Of a stretch of 45,728 bases of DNA, positions 27,554 to 37,751 are shown in pieces. The translations under genes were made by a program, and so were the position numbers. Origin of the DNA: Rikenellaceae bacterium (GTDB lineage: Bacteria > Bacteroidota > Bacteroidia > Bacteroidales > UBA932). How positions within the stretch are numbered: position 1 is the stretch's first letter; each line of letters starts with the position of its first letter. Under the pieces are notes generated by a model, which worked only from the letters and a program-made list of their open reading frames with translations, searched no databases and was not told the DNA's origin. The stretch covers positions 1 to 45,728 of the forward strand of contig CAAFYX010000001.1 of assembly GCA_900767375.1 (NCBI GenBank), written 5' to 3'.

Positions 27554-28894
27554 TTACAGGTTACGTACAGCCTCCTTGAATTTCTCGCCCCTGTCCTCAT
27601 AGCAGGTGAAGAGGTCGAAGCTTGCGCAGCATGGGCTCAGGAGCACCACATCGCCTTCTGTGGCGATGCGGCTGGCCGCCTTGACAGCCTCCTCTGCAGA
27701 AAGCGTGTCCACCATCTTCTCCGCTCCCACGATAGGCTCGAAAGCCTCGTGGATCTTCCTGTTGTCCACTCCGAGGCAGACGATGGCCTTGACCTTCTCC
27801 CTGACGAGGTCGAAGAGGACTGAGTAGTCGTTTCCCTTGTCGGTTCCACCGACTATCCAAACGACAGGCTTTTTCTGGCACTCCAGCGCATACCATGCGG
27901 CATCCACGTTGGTGGCCTTGGAGTCATTGATATAGAGGACGTCCTTGATGCTCAGTACCGGCTCGAGCCTGTGCTCGATAGGCTCGAACGTGGCGAGGCT
28001 GTTGCGTATCACATCGTCGTCGATGTCCATTGCCTTGGCGGCAAGGGCAGCGGCCATGGAGTTGTAAATGTTGTGCTTGCCGCCGAGTGCGAGCTCCTTC
28101 AGATAGATTTCGCTTTCGCTCTCCTCGTATTTCACCACGATCTTTTCGCCCTCCAGGTAAGCGCCCTGGTCGAGCTTCTTCTCCTGGCTGAACGGGAGGG
28201 TCTTGGCCTGGACGATGATCTTGTTCAGGTGGTCGATGGTGATGGCATCGTCGGAGTCGAAGATGAAGCAGTCCTCCGGACGGAGGTTCCTCGTGATGCG
28301 GAACTTGGCTTTTACGTATTCCTCCATGTTGTAGTTGTACCTGTCGAGGTGGTCCGGGGTGATGTTTGTGATAATCGCGATGTCAGGACGGAACTCGTAG
28401 GCGTTGTCCAGCTGGAAACTGCTGATTTCCAGAACATAGTAGTCGAAGTGCTCGGTGGCCACCTGAAGGGCGTAGCTCTTTCCGATGTTGCCTCCCAGGC
28501 CGACGTTGAGTCCGGCCTGCTGGAGCAGGTAGTAGATGAGCGAGGTGGTCGTGGTCTTTCCGTTCGAGCCGGTGATGCAGATCTTCTTTGCAGTGTCGTA
28601 CCTTCCTGCGAACTCGATCTCCGAGATTACCGGGGTACCCTGGCTCATGAGTTTCTGGACCATCGGGGCCGCAGTAGGGATGCCCGGGCTCTTGACCACT
28701 TCGTCAGCATTGAGGATGAGGTCCTCGCTGTGCTGGCCCTGCTCGAAAGGAATCTCCCACTTGTTGAGAGTATCGATGTAATGGTCGGCTATCTTCCCCT
28801 TGTCTGAAAGGAAAACGTCGAATCCTTTAACTTTTGCGAGAACGGCCGCTCCGACTCCGCTCTCCGCTCCACCCAAAACTACGATGCGTGACAT
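27554..28894 (-). CDS. murD: UDP-MurNAc-L-Ala--D-glutamate ligase
   Basis: LGGAESG, KSPGI, GSNGKTTT, EISSFQL, PDHLDRY, NDSKATN, LLSPCCASFD. Confidence 0.97.
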   Translation of the reverse strand: MSRIVVLGGAESGVGAAVLAKVKGFDVFLSDKGKIADHYIDTLNKWEIPFEQGQHSEDLILNADEVVKSPGIPTAAPMVQKLMSQGTPVISEIEFAGRYDTAKKICITGSNGKTTTTSLIYYLLQQAGLNVGLGGNIGKSYALQVATEHFDYYVLEISSFQLDNAYEFRPDIAIITNITPDHLDRYNYNMEEYVKAKFRITRNLRPEDCFIFDSDDAITIDHLNKIIVQAKTLPFSQEKKLDQGAYLEGEKIVVKYEESESEIYLKELALGGKHNIYNSMAAALAAKAMDIDDDVIRNSLATFEPIEHRLEPVLSIKDVLYINDSKATNVDAAWYALECQKKPVVWIVGGTDKGNDYSVLFDLVREKVKAIVCLGVDNRKIHEAFEPIVGAEKMVDTLSAEEAVKAASRIATEGDVVLLSPCCASFDLFTCYEDRGEKFKEAVRNL

Positions 28895-28908
28895 AAGTTA
28901 TAGTGCAA

Positions 28909-30093
28909 TTATCTGATTTTCAATAAAGCCAATGTTGAGACCGCAAGGATGAGTCCGATGATCCAGAACCTGGATACGATCTTCGCTTCCGGGAGTGCAT
29001 GCTCCGGATGCGTTATGAGCGCCGGGATGCCCTCTTTCTGATAATGATGGTGCAGAGGAGTCATCTTGAAGACCCTGCGCCCTTCGCCGTATTTTTTCTT
29101 TGTGTGCTTGAAATAACTTCTTTGGATGATGACGGAAAGGCTTTCCACCAGGAAAATGCCGCAGAGGATAGGGAGCAGGAGCTCCTTCCTGATCAGCACG
29201 GCGCTGACTCCGATGATACCGCCGAGGGTGAGGCTGCCGGTGTCGCCCATGAATACTTGTGCCGGGAAGGAATTGTACCACAGGAATCCCAGCAGGGCCC
29301 CTACGAATGCCGACATGAACACCGCCACTTCTCCGGATTCGGGGATGTACATGATGTTCAGATACCCGGCGTTCACGGAATGTCCGCCGAGCCATGCAAG
29401 TATGCCGATGACAACGCCGACGATGGCGGAGGTGCCGGCAGAAAGACCGTCCATACCGTCGGTGAGGTTGGTGCCGTTCGTGCAGGCCAGGATCACAAAG
29501 ATGATCACTGCCATATAGATCGCCCATGTGCAGTACACGCCGAACTGTCCCTTGAACGGTGAGAGCCAGGAGTAGTCGAACTCGTTGGCTTTTACGAACG
29601 GTATGGTGGTGACGAGGTTCTCCGTATGGATGTTCGGGCTGAGGCACACTATGAGTGCGATTATGAGGCCCAGGCTGAACTGGAGGAGAAGTTTCATCCT
29701 TTCGCTCATGCCTTCCTTGTTGTGCTTGAAGACCTTGATGTAGTCATCGGCGAATCCGATGCCTCCGCACCACAGCGTGGTGAGGATAAGGAGCTGGATA
29801 TAGATGTTGCTCAGGTCAGCTACCAGGAGGACGGACACCAGGATGGAAAGTATGATGATGATGCCTCCCATGGTAGGGGTGCCCTTCTTCTGCATCTGGC
29901 CTTCGAGTCCCAGGTCGCGGATGGTCTCTCCGATCTGCTTCTTCTGAAGCCAGGCAATGATGCGCTTTCCTGCGAAGAATGCTATGAGCATGCTTATGAC
30001 GCAGGCGGCCATGGCCCGGAAGGACAGGTATGTCATAAGACCCTGTCCCGGGATGTCGTAGCCTCTTAACGCCTCAAAAAGATGGAATAACAT
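28909..30093 (-). CDS. mraY: Phospho-N-acetylmuramoyl-pentapeptide transferase
   Basis: KKGTPTMGG, DDYIK, NLTDGMDGL, FMGDTGS, PLHHH. Confidence 0.97.
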   Translation of the reverse strand: MLFHLFEALRGYDIPGQGLMTYLSFRAMAACVISMLIAFFAGKRIIAWLQKKQIGETIRDLGLEGQMQKKGTPTMGGIIIILSILVSVLLVADLSNIYIQLLILTTLWCGGIGFADDYIKVFKHNKEGMSERMKLLLQFSLGLIIALIVCLSPNIHTENLVTTIPFVKANEFDYSWLSPFKGQFGVYCTWAIYMAVIIFVILACTNGTNLTDGMDGLSAGTSAIVGVVIGILAWLGGHSVNAGYLNIMYIPESGEVAVFMSAFVGALLGFLWYNSFPAQVFMGDTGSLTLGGIIGVSAVLIRKELLLPILCGIFLVESLSVIIQRSYFKHTKKKYGEGRRVFKMTPLHHHYQKEGIPALITHPEHALPEAKIVSRFWIIGLILAVSTLALLKIR

Positions 30094-30107
30094 AATTTGG
30101 TATAGGT

Positions 30108-31514
30108 TTATTGTACGGTTTCAAATATCTCTCTGACGATTTCCTTCTCGTCGAAATGTCTCTTTTCCTTGCCGATGATCTGATAGTCCTCGTGGCCTTT
30201 TCCTGCCAGAAGGATGGCGGCCCCGTCCTGCGCCGTCAGTATGGCGGTGCGGATGGCCTCCTTCCTGTCTGCGATGAATATGCTCTTGGCCAGGCCGGCA
30301 GCTGTGAATCCCTTGCGGATGTCCTCCATGATGTCCTCGGTCCTTTCAGTCCTGCTGTTGTCCGAGGTGACGATGATGCGGTCGGCGTATTCTTCGGCAA
30401 CTTTTGCCATTTCCGGTCTCTTTGTCCTGTCGCGGTCGCCGCCGCATCCGAAGAGGCATATCAGCTGCTTGTCATCCGCGATGTCGCGGAGTGTCTTGAG
30501 CACGTTCTCCATGGCGTCCGGGGTATGTGCGTAGTCCACTATGACCGAAAGGTCGCGTGGTCCGCGGAGGTTCTCGAGGCGGCCGGGAGCCGATTCGAGC
30601 TTGCTGAGTGAGAGGAGGGCTTCCTCCTTGGACGCTCCGGCCGCCAGCGCTGCGGAGTAGATGGCCAGGAGATTGTATGCGTTGTGCTGTCCGATGAGCC
30701 TGGTCCAGACTTCGGTGCCGTCTATCTTGAGCATCATCCCTTCGAAGCTTTCTTCCATTATCCGGCAGGTGTGGTCGGCTATGCTCCTGCATGAGTATGT
30801 CACGACGGCGGCCGCCGTGTTCTGGACCATCACGGAGCCGTTCCTGTCATCGACGTTGGTGATCGCGATGGCGTCTGAAGGGAGGTTGTCGAAGAACAGT
30901 TTCTTGCATCTGAGATATTCGGCGAAGGTCTTGTGATAGTCGAGGTGGTCGTGGGTGAGGTTGGAGAAGATACCTACCTTGAACTTTATCCCGGTGACCC
31001 TGTCCTGCTCGACTCCGATGGAGCTGACCTCCATGAAGCAGTATTCGCAGCCGGCGTTCACCATCTCGCTCATGAGCGAGTTGATGGTGATCGGGTCGGA
31101 GGTGGTGTTGGTGGTCTCCATCCTGCGTGTCCCGACGAAGTTGGCGATTGTCGACAGAAGGCCGCAATTGTAGCCGAGTCCCATGAACATATGGTAGAGC
31201 AGGGTTACGGTAGTGGTCTTTCCGTTCGTGCCGGTGATACCTATCACCTGCATCTTCTCGGAAGGATGGTCAAAGAAGTTTGCCGCGCAGAATGCGAGTC
31301 CCTTCCTGTCTGTGGAAATGACTGCGGCTGCACCGGCGGCCATCGCTGCGTCGATGAAGTCGTGCCCGTCGATGCTGAAGCCTTTCACTGCGATGAACAG
31401 CGAGCCGGCCGACACCTTCCTGGAGTCGCTGCAAATGCTGGTAATCTGCGTTTCAGCCGTGCCGTGGACTATCCTGGCTCCGGTGTTTCCAATTATTTCC
31501 TTCAGAGTTTTCAT
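30108..31514 (-). CDS. murE: UDP-MurNAc-dipeptide--diaminopimelate ligase
   Basis: DSRKV, GTNGKTT, MEVSS, DHLDYH, DYAHTPD, GCGGDRD, DNSR, AGKGHE. Confidence 0.95.
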   Translation of the reverse strand: MKTLKEIIGNTGARIVHGTAETQITSICSDSRKVSAGSLFIAVKGFSIDGHDFIDAAMAAGAAAVISTDRKGLAFCAANFFDHPSEKMQVIGITGTNGKTTTVTLLYHMFMGLGYNCGLLSTIANFVGTRRMETTNTTSDPITINSLMSEMVNAGCEYCFMEVSSIGVEQDRVTGIKFKVGIFSNLTHDHLDYHKTFAEYLRCKKLFFDNLPSDAIAITNVDDRNGSVMVQNTAAAVVTYSCRSIADHTCRIMEESFEGMMLKIDGTEVWTRLIGQHNAYNLLAIYSAALAAGASKEEALLSLSKLESAPGRLENLRGPRDLSVIVDYAHTPDAMENVLKTLRDIADDKQLICLFGCGGDRDRTKRPEMAKVAEEYADRIIVTSDNSRTERTEDIMEDIRKGFTAAGLAKSIFIADRKEAIRTAILTAQDGAAILLAGKGHEDYQIIGKEKRHFDEKEIVREIFETVQ

Positions 31515-33619
31515 TTCAATGCTATTGTAATGATGTCACCTTTTTCTATCTTGGACCCAGCAGCGGGACTTTGTGAAACCACGTGCCCCACTCCGCTGTA
31601 TTCGCATTCGAGTCCCATGCTCTCAATCAGATAGACCGCGTCCGTCAGGCCCATGCCCGTGAGGTCCGGGACATTGCCGGATGCCTTGGCCTCCTCCATC
31701 TTCCCGTTCGTTTCCATCAGCGGCACTTCAGCTTTCGGAGCCAGAGTTTTCCTTGAGAACGGGTCCATGGTGTAGATCCCGTCGACGATCTCTCTGGCGG
31801 CAAGCGCCGGCAGGGTGCCTCCATAGAAGCTCTCCCTGTCCAGGGTGGAATAAATGACGATGATTATGGAGTACTGCGGGTCCTCAGCCGGGAAGAATCC
31901 GACGAAGGTAGCCTGGTTCTTCTTCCTGCCGTATCCGTCCTCGTATCTTCCTGCGTATTTCGGGTCATCCCTCTGGTCCAGAACCACTCTGGCGGTTCCG
32001 GTCTTGCCAGCCACCTGGCACTTGGCGTCCTTTAGCCTGGTACCCGTTCCGTTCTGGACTACCGATATCAGACCCTCGGTGATGATATCTGCGGTGGCTT
32101 TTGAGCAGATGGCGGAGTTAAGTATGCTCGGGCCGAGCTTTTCCTTGATGTCTCCGTTCTTCTCTATGCTTTCCACCAGATACGGCTTCATCATCTTTCC
32201 TTTGTTCGCGATGGCGTTGTAGAAGGTCAGGATGTGGAGCGGGGTCTCGGTGACGGCGTATCCGAATGCTGTCGATCCGAGGTCCGTGATGCTCCAGCTC
32301 CTGTCGGTGGTGGATTTCACTGACGGGGCGGCCAGTCCTTCGATGTCGAAGTCGAACGCTTCACCGAGTTTGTACAGGTAGAGCTTGTTCAGGAATTCCT
32401 GGGGTTTCTTCGAGTAGTACTGGTAGGCGAGGTACGCGAACACGTAGTTCGAGGACATTTCCAGTCCTTCGAGGATGGAGATGGTGCTGGTGTGGTGCTG
32501 CTGCTCGTACTGCCTGATATGCTGGTCTATGGCATGCAGGCCGTCGGCTCCGCCGTTGGTCGGGATCCTTTCCTTGAGCGAGCTGATGTGCTTGTCCTCG
32601 AGGAGGGTCATAAGGGTCGTGGCCTTGAAGACGGATCCCGGCTCTCCCGCGCGTCCGATGGCGTAGTTGTATGTCTCTTCGAGCTTCCCGTTAGGCTTGT
32701 CGCGCCTGAGGTTCACCATGGCGCGCAAGGCTCCGGTCTTGACATCCATCACCATGGCGCATCCGCCTTCGATTTTTCTGTTGGTGTCGATCCGGGCTCT
32801 CAGAGCCTTGTCTGCCAGATCCTGGATATCCACGTCCAGAGTGGTCCTGATGTCGAATCCGTCAACTGCTTTGACAGCGGTGCTGTCGAAGGTCTGGACA
32901 GCCTCGCGCCCGTCCTTGCGGCGGGTGTATCTGAATCCTGCCTCTCCGTGGAGCTTGGAGTTGAACTTGCCTTCGATGCCGATGAATCTGTTGGCTGAGG
33001 CGTTGTCATTGTCCTTTACATATCCGATGGCTCGTCTGGCGAGTGTGCCGTACGGGTACTGGCGCACTTCCTTTCTGCTGACCACAAGGCCTCCCTTGTA
33101 GGGGCCTTCGTTGAACAGAGGAAGCTTCTTGATCTGCTGCAGGGTCTCGTAGTCCACCGGGTGGCCGATGACGCGGTAGCGTTTGCCTTGCTTGCGGTCG
33201 CGGCGTATCTCGTCGTAGTACTGCTTTGCAGTCTTCTCGGGGAAGAACTTGGCAAGTCCGTTTGACAGCTGTCTGGCTTTGTTCAGCCACTCCTGCTCCT
33301 TTTCTGCGCCGTTCGGGTCGTTGGCGAAGCTGTCCTTCAGGACGGAGCAGTCCATGGCGATGATGTATGAAGTGAATGAAACGGCGAACATGCGGCCGTC
33401 GCGTGCCAGAATGGCGCCTCTGGACGGCTCCTCGATGTTCTTCGTCACCGAAGGGGTGAGCTCGTTGGCGATGGCCGGGTCAGGTTTGAAGAAAAGCATG
33501 ATGGAGAGGATCCCTCCGATCAGGATGACAGCCCCGATGAGGGAGAGGACATAGAACACGTACAGGGTCCTGGCGACTCTGCCTCCGTTGTTCTTCTTCT
33601 TTCCGTCCTTCTGCTTCAT
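31511..33619 (-). CDS. ftsI: Class B penicillin-binding protein (FtsI/PBP3) with C-terminal PASTA domain
   Basis: N-terminal TM, RGAILARDG, R.YP, SxxK (GSVFK), SSN, KTG, and PASTA VPDLTGMGL. Confidence 0.92.
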   Translation of the reverse strand: MKQKDGKKKNNGGRVARTLYVFYVLSLIGAVILIGGILSIMLFFKPDPAIANELTPSVTKNIEEPSRGAILARDGRMFAVSFTSYIIAMDCSVLKDSFANDPNGAEKEQEWLNKARQLSNGLAKFFPEKTAKQYYDEIRRDRKQGKRYRVIGHPVDYETLQQIKKLPLFNEGPYKGGLVVSRKEVRQYPYGTLARRAIGYVKDNDNASANRFIGIEGKFNSKLHGEAGFRYTRRKDGREAVQTFDSTAVKAVDGFDIRTTLDVDIQDLADKALRARIDTNRKIEGGCAMVMDVKTGALRAMVNLRRDKPNGKLEETYNYAIGRAGEPGSVFKATTLMTLLEDKHISSLKERIPTNGGADGLHAIDQHIRQYEQQHHTSTISILEGLEMSSNYVFAYLAYQYYSKKPQEFLNKLYLYKLGEAFDFDIEGLAAPSVKSTTDRSWSITDLGSTAFGYAVTETPLHILTFYNAIANKGKMMKPYLVESIEKNGDIKEKLGPSILNSAICSKATADIITEGLISVVQNGTGTRLKDAKCQVAGKTGTARVVLDQRDDPKYAGRYEDGYGRKKNQATFVGFFPAEDPQYSIIIVIYSTLDRESFYGGTLPALAAREIVDGIYTMDPFSRKTLAPKAEVPLMETNGKMEEAKASGNVPDLTGMGLTDAVYLIESMGLECEYSGVGHVVSQSPAAGSKIEKGDIITIALK

Positions 33620-33620
33620 G

Positions 33621-33989
33621 CTATTTTATTATTGTGGCCGGTTTCTCCGGTTCCCCGACCTTGGAACCCTGTTCTTTCAATATGCTGATGACCTCTGCCC
33701 GGCGGTTTATGGTCTTCAATTCGAATTCGAGCTTCGAGCGCCTGATCTCCAGCTCCTCGATGGTGTGTCTGTTCCTTTCGAGAGTGGCCAGGGTGTTGTC
33801 GACGCCGAAGCTGAAGAGAATGGCCATCGCGAACAGAAAGAATACGAGCACGATGTGGATCATATACCTTTCCACGTTCATACGGAGGAGGAATTTGCCG
33901 TGGATGATGGAACGGAAGCAGTCCTTCAGGAATCTTCCGATGTCCTGGAGGGTCCATTTAGGGGTTTCGATGTTCTTTTTCAGTCTCAT
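33621..33989 (-). CDS. ftsL: FtsL-like cell division protein
   Basis: Short cytoplasmic tail, one TM, then a coiled coil. Lies between rsmH and ftsI. Confidence 0.75.
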   Translation of the reverse strand: MRLKKNIETPKWTLQDIGRFLKDCFRSIIHGKFLLRMNVERYMIHIVLVFFLFAMAILFSFGVDNTLATLERNRHTIEELEIRRSKLEFELKTINRRAEVISILKEQGSKVGEPEKPATIIK

Positions 33990-34939
33990 TTTCCGTCCCT
34001 CCCTTCATTATGCGGCCTCTCGGCGATCCTGAGCTTCGCGCTGCGCGCCCTGGTGTTCGAGGCGATTTCACTTTCCTGAGGCAGTATCGGCTTGCGGTTC
34101 ACTGCCTGCAGTGGAGTCTCGGCCCGTCCGAAGACGTCCTTCTCCAGTGTTCCGTCGACATTGCCGGTCTTGATGAAGTTCTTCACCATCCTGTCCTCGA
34201 GGGAGTGGTAGGTGATGACCACCAGGCGTCCTCCCGGCTTGAGGCTCTTTGCCGCGCCGTCAAGGAACTTCTCCAGAGACCTCATTTCCTGGTTAACTTC
34301 GATTCTCAGCGCCTGATAGACCTTCGCCAGGTACTTATGCTCCGCAAATGCCGGCAGGGCCGGCTTGATGGCCGCATCAAACTCCCCGGTGGTGCGTATC
34401 TCCGCCTTCTGACGGGCGGCGACTATCAGCCCGGCCACCTTTCGGGCGTTTTCCACTTCGCCGTAGATGCGGAGGATACGCTCGAGGTCCTCCTGCTCGT
34501 AGCCGTTGACAATGGTGGCGGCGCTCACTTCGGCCTGAGTGTTCATCCTCATGTCGAGCGGAGCGTCCTCGTAGCGGAAGGAGAACCCTCTGTCCGCCGT
34601 GTCGAACTGGTGGGAGGAGACTCCGAGGTCTGCGAGGATACCGTCCACTCCGCACTCCCGGTAATCGCGTGCGGCCTGTCCGGCCTCCAGGAGTGCGAAA
34701 TTGTGGACGAATCGGAAGTTATTGTGGATCAAGATGAGACGGTCATCGTCCATCTTTCCTGCAATGGCATCGCTGTCGCGGTCGAAGGCCATGAGCCTGC
34801 CCTCCGGAGAGAGTCTTCTAAGGATCTCCGCGGAGTGACCGCCGCCACCGAAAGTGGCGTCAATGTAAAAACCTGAAGGGTCGGTGATCAGAGCGTCAAT
34901 GCTCTCGTTAAGAAGGACCGGATTGTGATATTCTGACAT
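33986..34939 (-). CDS. rsmH: 16S rRNA m4C1402 methyltransferase
   Basis: YHNPVLL, DATFGGGGHS, DLGVSSHQFD, PLDMRM, QALRIEVN, YHSLEDR, RARSAKLR. Confidence 0.97.
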   Translation of the reverse strand: MSEYHNPVLLNESIDALITDPSGFYIDATFGGGGHSAEILRRLSPEGRLMAFDRDSDAIAGKMDDDRLILIHNNFRFVHNFALLEAGQAARDYRECGVDGILADLGVSSHQFDTADRGFSFRYEDAPLDMRMNTQAEVSAATIVNGYEQEDLERILRIYGEVENARKVAGLIVAARQKAEIRTTGEFDAAIKPALPAFAEHKYLAKVYQALRIEVNQEMRSLEKFLDGAAKSLKPGGRLVVITYHSLEDRMVKNFIKTGNVDGTLEKDVFGRAETPLQAVNRKPILPQESEIASNTRARSAKLRIAERPHNEGRDGK

Positions 34940-34950
34940 AGCCTCGCCTC

Positions 34951-35403
34951 CTACCTTGATTCGGGCAGCTTTCCGGCGATGGCTATGAATTCTTCATTGG
35001 AGATCCTGCTGGCCTCGTATTTTTCCTTGGCCCAGATCTCGATCTTGTAATCATTACCGGAAAATACCACTTCCTTTGTTGCACCTATCCTGTCAAGAAG
35101 TTCTTTCGAGATGGATATGCGTCCGAACTTGGCATCCGGTTCAACGATGTCTCGGTCACGCATATACGCTCTCCAGAACCTCGCGTGATCTTCGTTGAAG
35201 AAATTTAGACGCGACTTGACGTCGGAGGACTGGCGCTCCCACTCTTCGATGGTGTACATCTCGAGACAGTCTGCGAAGATGTCCTTCTTGACGACGAATC
35301 TCATGTCACTTCCGGCGGGCATCCGGCCCTTCAACGGGGAAGGAAAGACGAGTCTTCCCTTGTCGTCGAGCTTGGATGAATATTCTCCGATGAAAGTGAT
35401 CAT
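34951..35403 (-). CDS. mraZ: Division/cell-wall cluster repressor MraZ
   Basis: FIGEY..LDDKGRL and a second D..GRI repeat, IEIW. First gene of the dcw cluster. Confidence 0.93.
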   Translation of the reverse strand: MITFIGEYSSKLDDKGRLVFPSPLKGRMPAGSDMRFVVKKDIFADCLEMYTIEEWERQSSDVKSRLNFFNEDHARFWRAYMRDRDIVEPDAKFGRISISKELLDRIGATKEVVFSGNDYKIEIWAKEKYEASRISNEEFIAIAGKLPESR

Positions 35404-35435
35404 GGTCTGTTACTAATTAATACACGCGATTAGTG

Positions 35436-35488
35436 CAAAGGTATGATATTTTTTCCATTTTCTTCCACTTTTTTCCATTATTTTCCAC
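35436..35488 (-). promoter_or_regulatory. dcw promoter: -7 box TACCTTTG plus four 10-bp-phased TGGAA repeats (MraZ operator)
   Basis: The -7 box is at 35436-35443. TTCCA on the plus strand starts at 35453, 35463, 35473 and 35483. Confidence 0.8.
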
Positions 35489-35649
35489 AAACATATCAAC
35501 AGCCTTATAAAAACAGATATTTCTTCGGTTTACCCCCTGTTTTTTCTTTTTCCATATGCTTTTGTTCCTTTTCCTTCCGTTCTTGTCCTCCGGCAGGGAC
35601 GTCAGAGGATGTACTGGCGGAAAAGTGTTTTAAAAGAATGGAATGAATC

Positions 35650-36369
35650 ATGAAAATGAGTGAAGTGTGTGAAACCGAGAGACCGAGGGAGAGGATGCTC
35701 CGTTTGGGCCCGGGCCATTTGAGCAATGCCGAGCTGCTGGCGATACTGCTGAGGACAGGGACGAAGGGTGAGAGCGTGACGGAGCTTTCCCAGCGGCTCC
35801 TAGCATTGGCCGGAGGCTCGCTGGTGAAGCTGATGCAGATGCCGCTGGAGGAGGTGCGCTCGGTGAAGGGTCTAGGGGGCTCCAAAGCCCTGCCGCTTCT
35901 GGCGGCTTTCGAGCTGGGCAGAAGGTTCATGGCAGAGGAGATGCCGGTGGAGAAAAGGACCATCGTGGCTCCCGAGCAGATATACAGGATGATGATCCCC
36001 GCGCTGAAGGGACTCCGGACGGAAGAGTGCTGGATAGTCTGCCTGAACAGCGCGAACTATGTGATATCACGAAGGCGTATGAGTGCCGGTGGGATAAACG
36101 CCACCGTCATGGACGTGAAGGAGATTGTGGCTCACGCCCTGTCGGTGAGGGCTGTCTCGCTCATACTTGTCCACAACCATCCGTCAGGGAACCCGCGTCC
36201 CGGGTCTGAGGACATGAGGCTGACGGCGCAGCTGAAAGCAGCGCTCGCTCAGTTCAATATTAGTCTGGTAGACCACGTCGTGGTTTCGGACGACTCGTAC
36301 TACAGCTTCAGCGACGAGACGGTATATCACGCGAAGAAGACTATAACTCTTTGCGCAGACGGGCCTTAG
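35650..36369 (+). CDS. radC: RadC/JAB-domain protein (UPF0758)
   Basis: ERPRER, LSNAELLAILLRTG, an HhH segment, HNHPSGNPRPG.ED, DHVV. Confidence 0.93.
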   Translation: MKMSEVCETERPRERMLRLGPGHLSNAELLAILLRTGTKGESVTELSQRLLALAGGSLVKLMQMPLEEVRSVKGLGGSKALPLLAAFELGRRFMAEEMPVEKRTIVAPEQIYRMMIPALKGLRTEECWIVCLNSANYVISRRRMSAGGINATVMDVKEIVAHALSVRAVSLILVHNHPSGNPRPGSEDMRLTAQLKAALAQFNISLVDHVVVSDDSYYSFSDETVYHAKKTITLCADGP

Positions 36370-37750
36370 GGATGTCGAGCTGGTCGCGGTACTTCGCGAT
36401 GGTGCGTCTGGCGACCTTGTATCCTTTCCTGTTCATCTCCTCGACGAGCTGGTCGTCCGTGAGAGGTTTTCTCTTGTCCTCCTTGTCGACGCATTCCTGC
36501 AGGGCTTTCTTGAGCTCCCTGGTGGAGACCTCCTCGCCTGCCTGGTTCTCCAGACCTTCGGAGAAGAAATACTTAAGCGGGAAGATGCCGAAATGGGTTT
36601 CGATATATTTGCTGTTCACCACTCTGGAGATGGTGGAGATGTCGAAACCGGTCACCTGGGCTATATCCTTCAGGACCATAGGACGCAGGTGGGTCTCGTC
36701 TCCATCGATGAAATAGTCGTGCTGATAGTCAAGGATGGCTTTCATCGTGCTTTCCAGAGTGTTCTGGCGTTGCTTCAAGGCTTCCACGAACCATTTTGCC
36801 GAGTCTATCTTCTGCTTGACGAAGGTTGCGGCTTCCTTCTGCTGCCTGTCGGAACTGCCCTTTGCCTCGACGAGCATCTCAGCATATTTCCTGTTTATCC
36901 TGATCTCGGGGATGTTGAACCGCGGCATGGAGAGCTTTGGCTCGCCGTCGACAAGCTCCAGGACGAAGTCCGGCACCACCTGCTGGGCCTGCTCCGTGTA
37001 GTTGTCGTCGATCTGCCCGCCCGGGGTGGGGTTGAGCTTGACAATCTTTCCGATGGCAGCCTTCAGCTGCTCCTCGGAAAGCCCCATCCGGCTCATTATC
37101 TTCTGGAAATGCTTGTTGGTGAACTCCTGGAAGTGCTCCGTGAGGATCTTGATGGCATTGGCCACCTCCTCCGTCTGCCTCATCTTTCTGAGCTGGATGA
37201 GCAGACATTCGCGCAGGTCACGTGCTCCTACACCTGCGGGATCGAACTGCTGGATGATTCCGAGAAGGTAAAGGACCTCCTCATAGCTGGTTTCGATGTT
37301 CTCGCGGAATGCTATGTCATCCACTATCGTGTCCAGGTCCCTTCGCAGATAGCCGTCGTCGTCCAGGCTGCAGACCAGATATGTGGCTACGGCCATCTGG
37401 TGGTCATCCAGGTTTCTGAACCCCAGCTGGGTCAGAAGGCTCTGGGTGAAGCTTTCCTTTACGGAGAAGGTGTTGTACTCGGGACGTTCATCCTTTCCGT
37501 AATTGTTAACGCGCAGGCGGTATGAAGGGATGGGATCGTCGGCGTCCAGCTCATCGATGGAGATATCCTTAGGCTCATCGTCGTCGTCCCTGGATTCGGC
37601 GGGGGTGTCATCCAGCACAGGATTGTCTTCAAACACACTTTTCACCCTCTGCTCCAGTTCCTGGATAGGGAGTTCGATGAGTTTGATGGTCTGAATCTGA
37701 AGCGGAGAAAGCTTCTGGACCTGTTTCTGTTCCAGCCCCTGCTTAATCAT
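36341..37750 (-). CDS. rpoN: RNA polymerase sigma-54 factor
   Basis: Region I KLSPLQIQTIKLIEL, DDDGYL, PAGVGARDLRECL, HTH ISTISRV, RpoN box ARRTIAKYR. Start placed at ATG 37750. Confidence 0.96.
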   Translation of the reverse strand: MIKQGLEQKQVQKLSPLQIQTIKLIELPIQELEQRVKSVFEDNPVLDDTPAESRDDDDEPKDISIDELDADDPIPSYRLRVNNYGKDERPEYNTFSVKESFTQSLLTQLGFRNLDDHQMAVATYLVCSLDDDGYLRRDLDTIVDDIAFRENIETSYEEVLYLLGIIQQFDPAGVGARDLRECLLIQLRKMRQTEEVANAIKILTEHFQEFTNKHFQKIMSRMGLSEEQLKAAIGKIVKLNPTPGGQIDDNYTEQAQQVVPDFVLELVDGEPKLSMPRFNIPEIRINRKYAEMLVEAKGSSDRQQKEAATFVKQKIDSAKWFVEALKQRQNTLESTMKAILDYQHDYFIDGDETHLRPMVLKDIAQVTGFDISTISRVVNSKYIETHFGIFPLKYFFSEGLENQAGEEVSTRELKKALQECVDKEDKRKPLTDDQLVEEMNRKGYKVARRTIAKYRDQLDIPKARLRKEL

Positions 37751-37751
37751 A

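Noticed and set aside
20215..35403. Absence of murF and ddl from the dcw cluster
   Set aside because: Usual in Bacteroidota, where these genes lie elsewhere.
35650..36369. radC as a mobile-element marker
   Set aside because: It is the full-length chromosomal type with N-terminal HhH, flanked by core genes.
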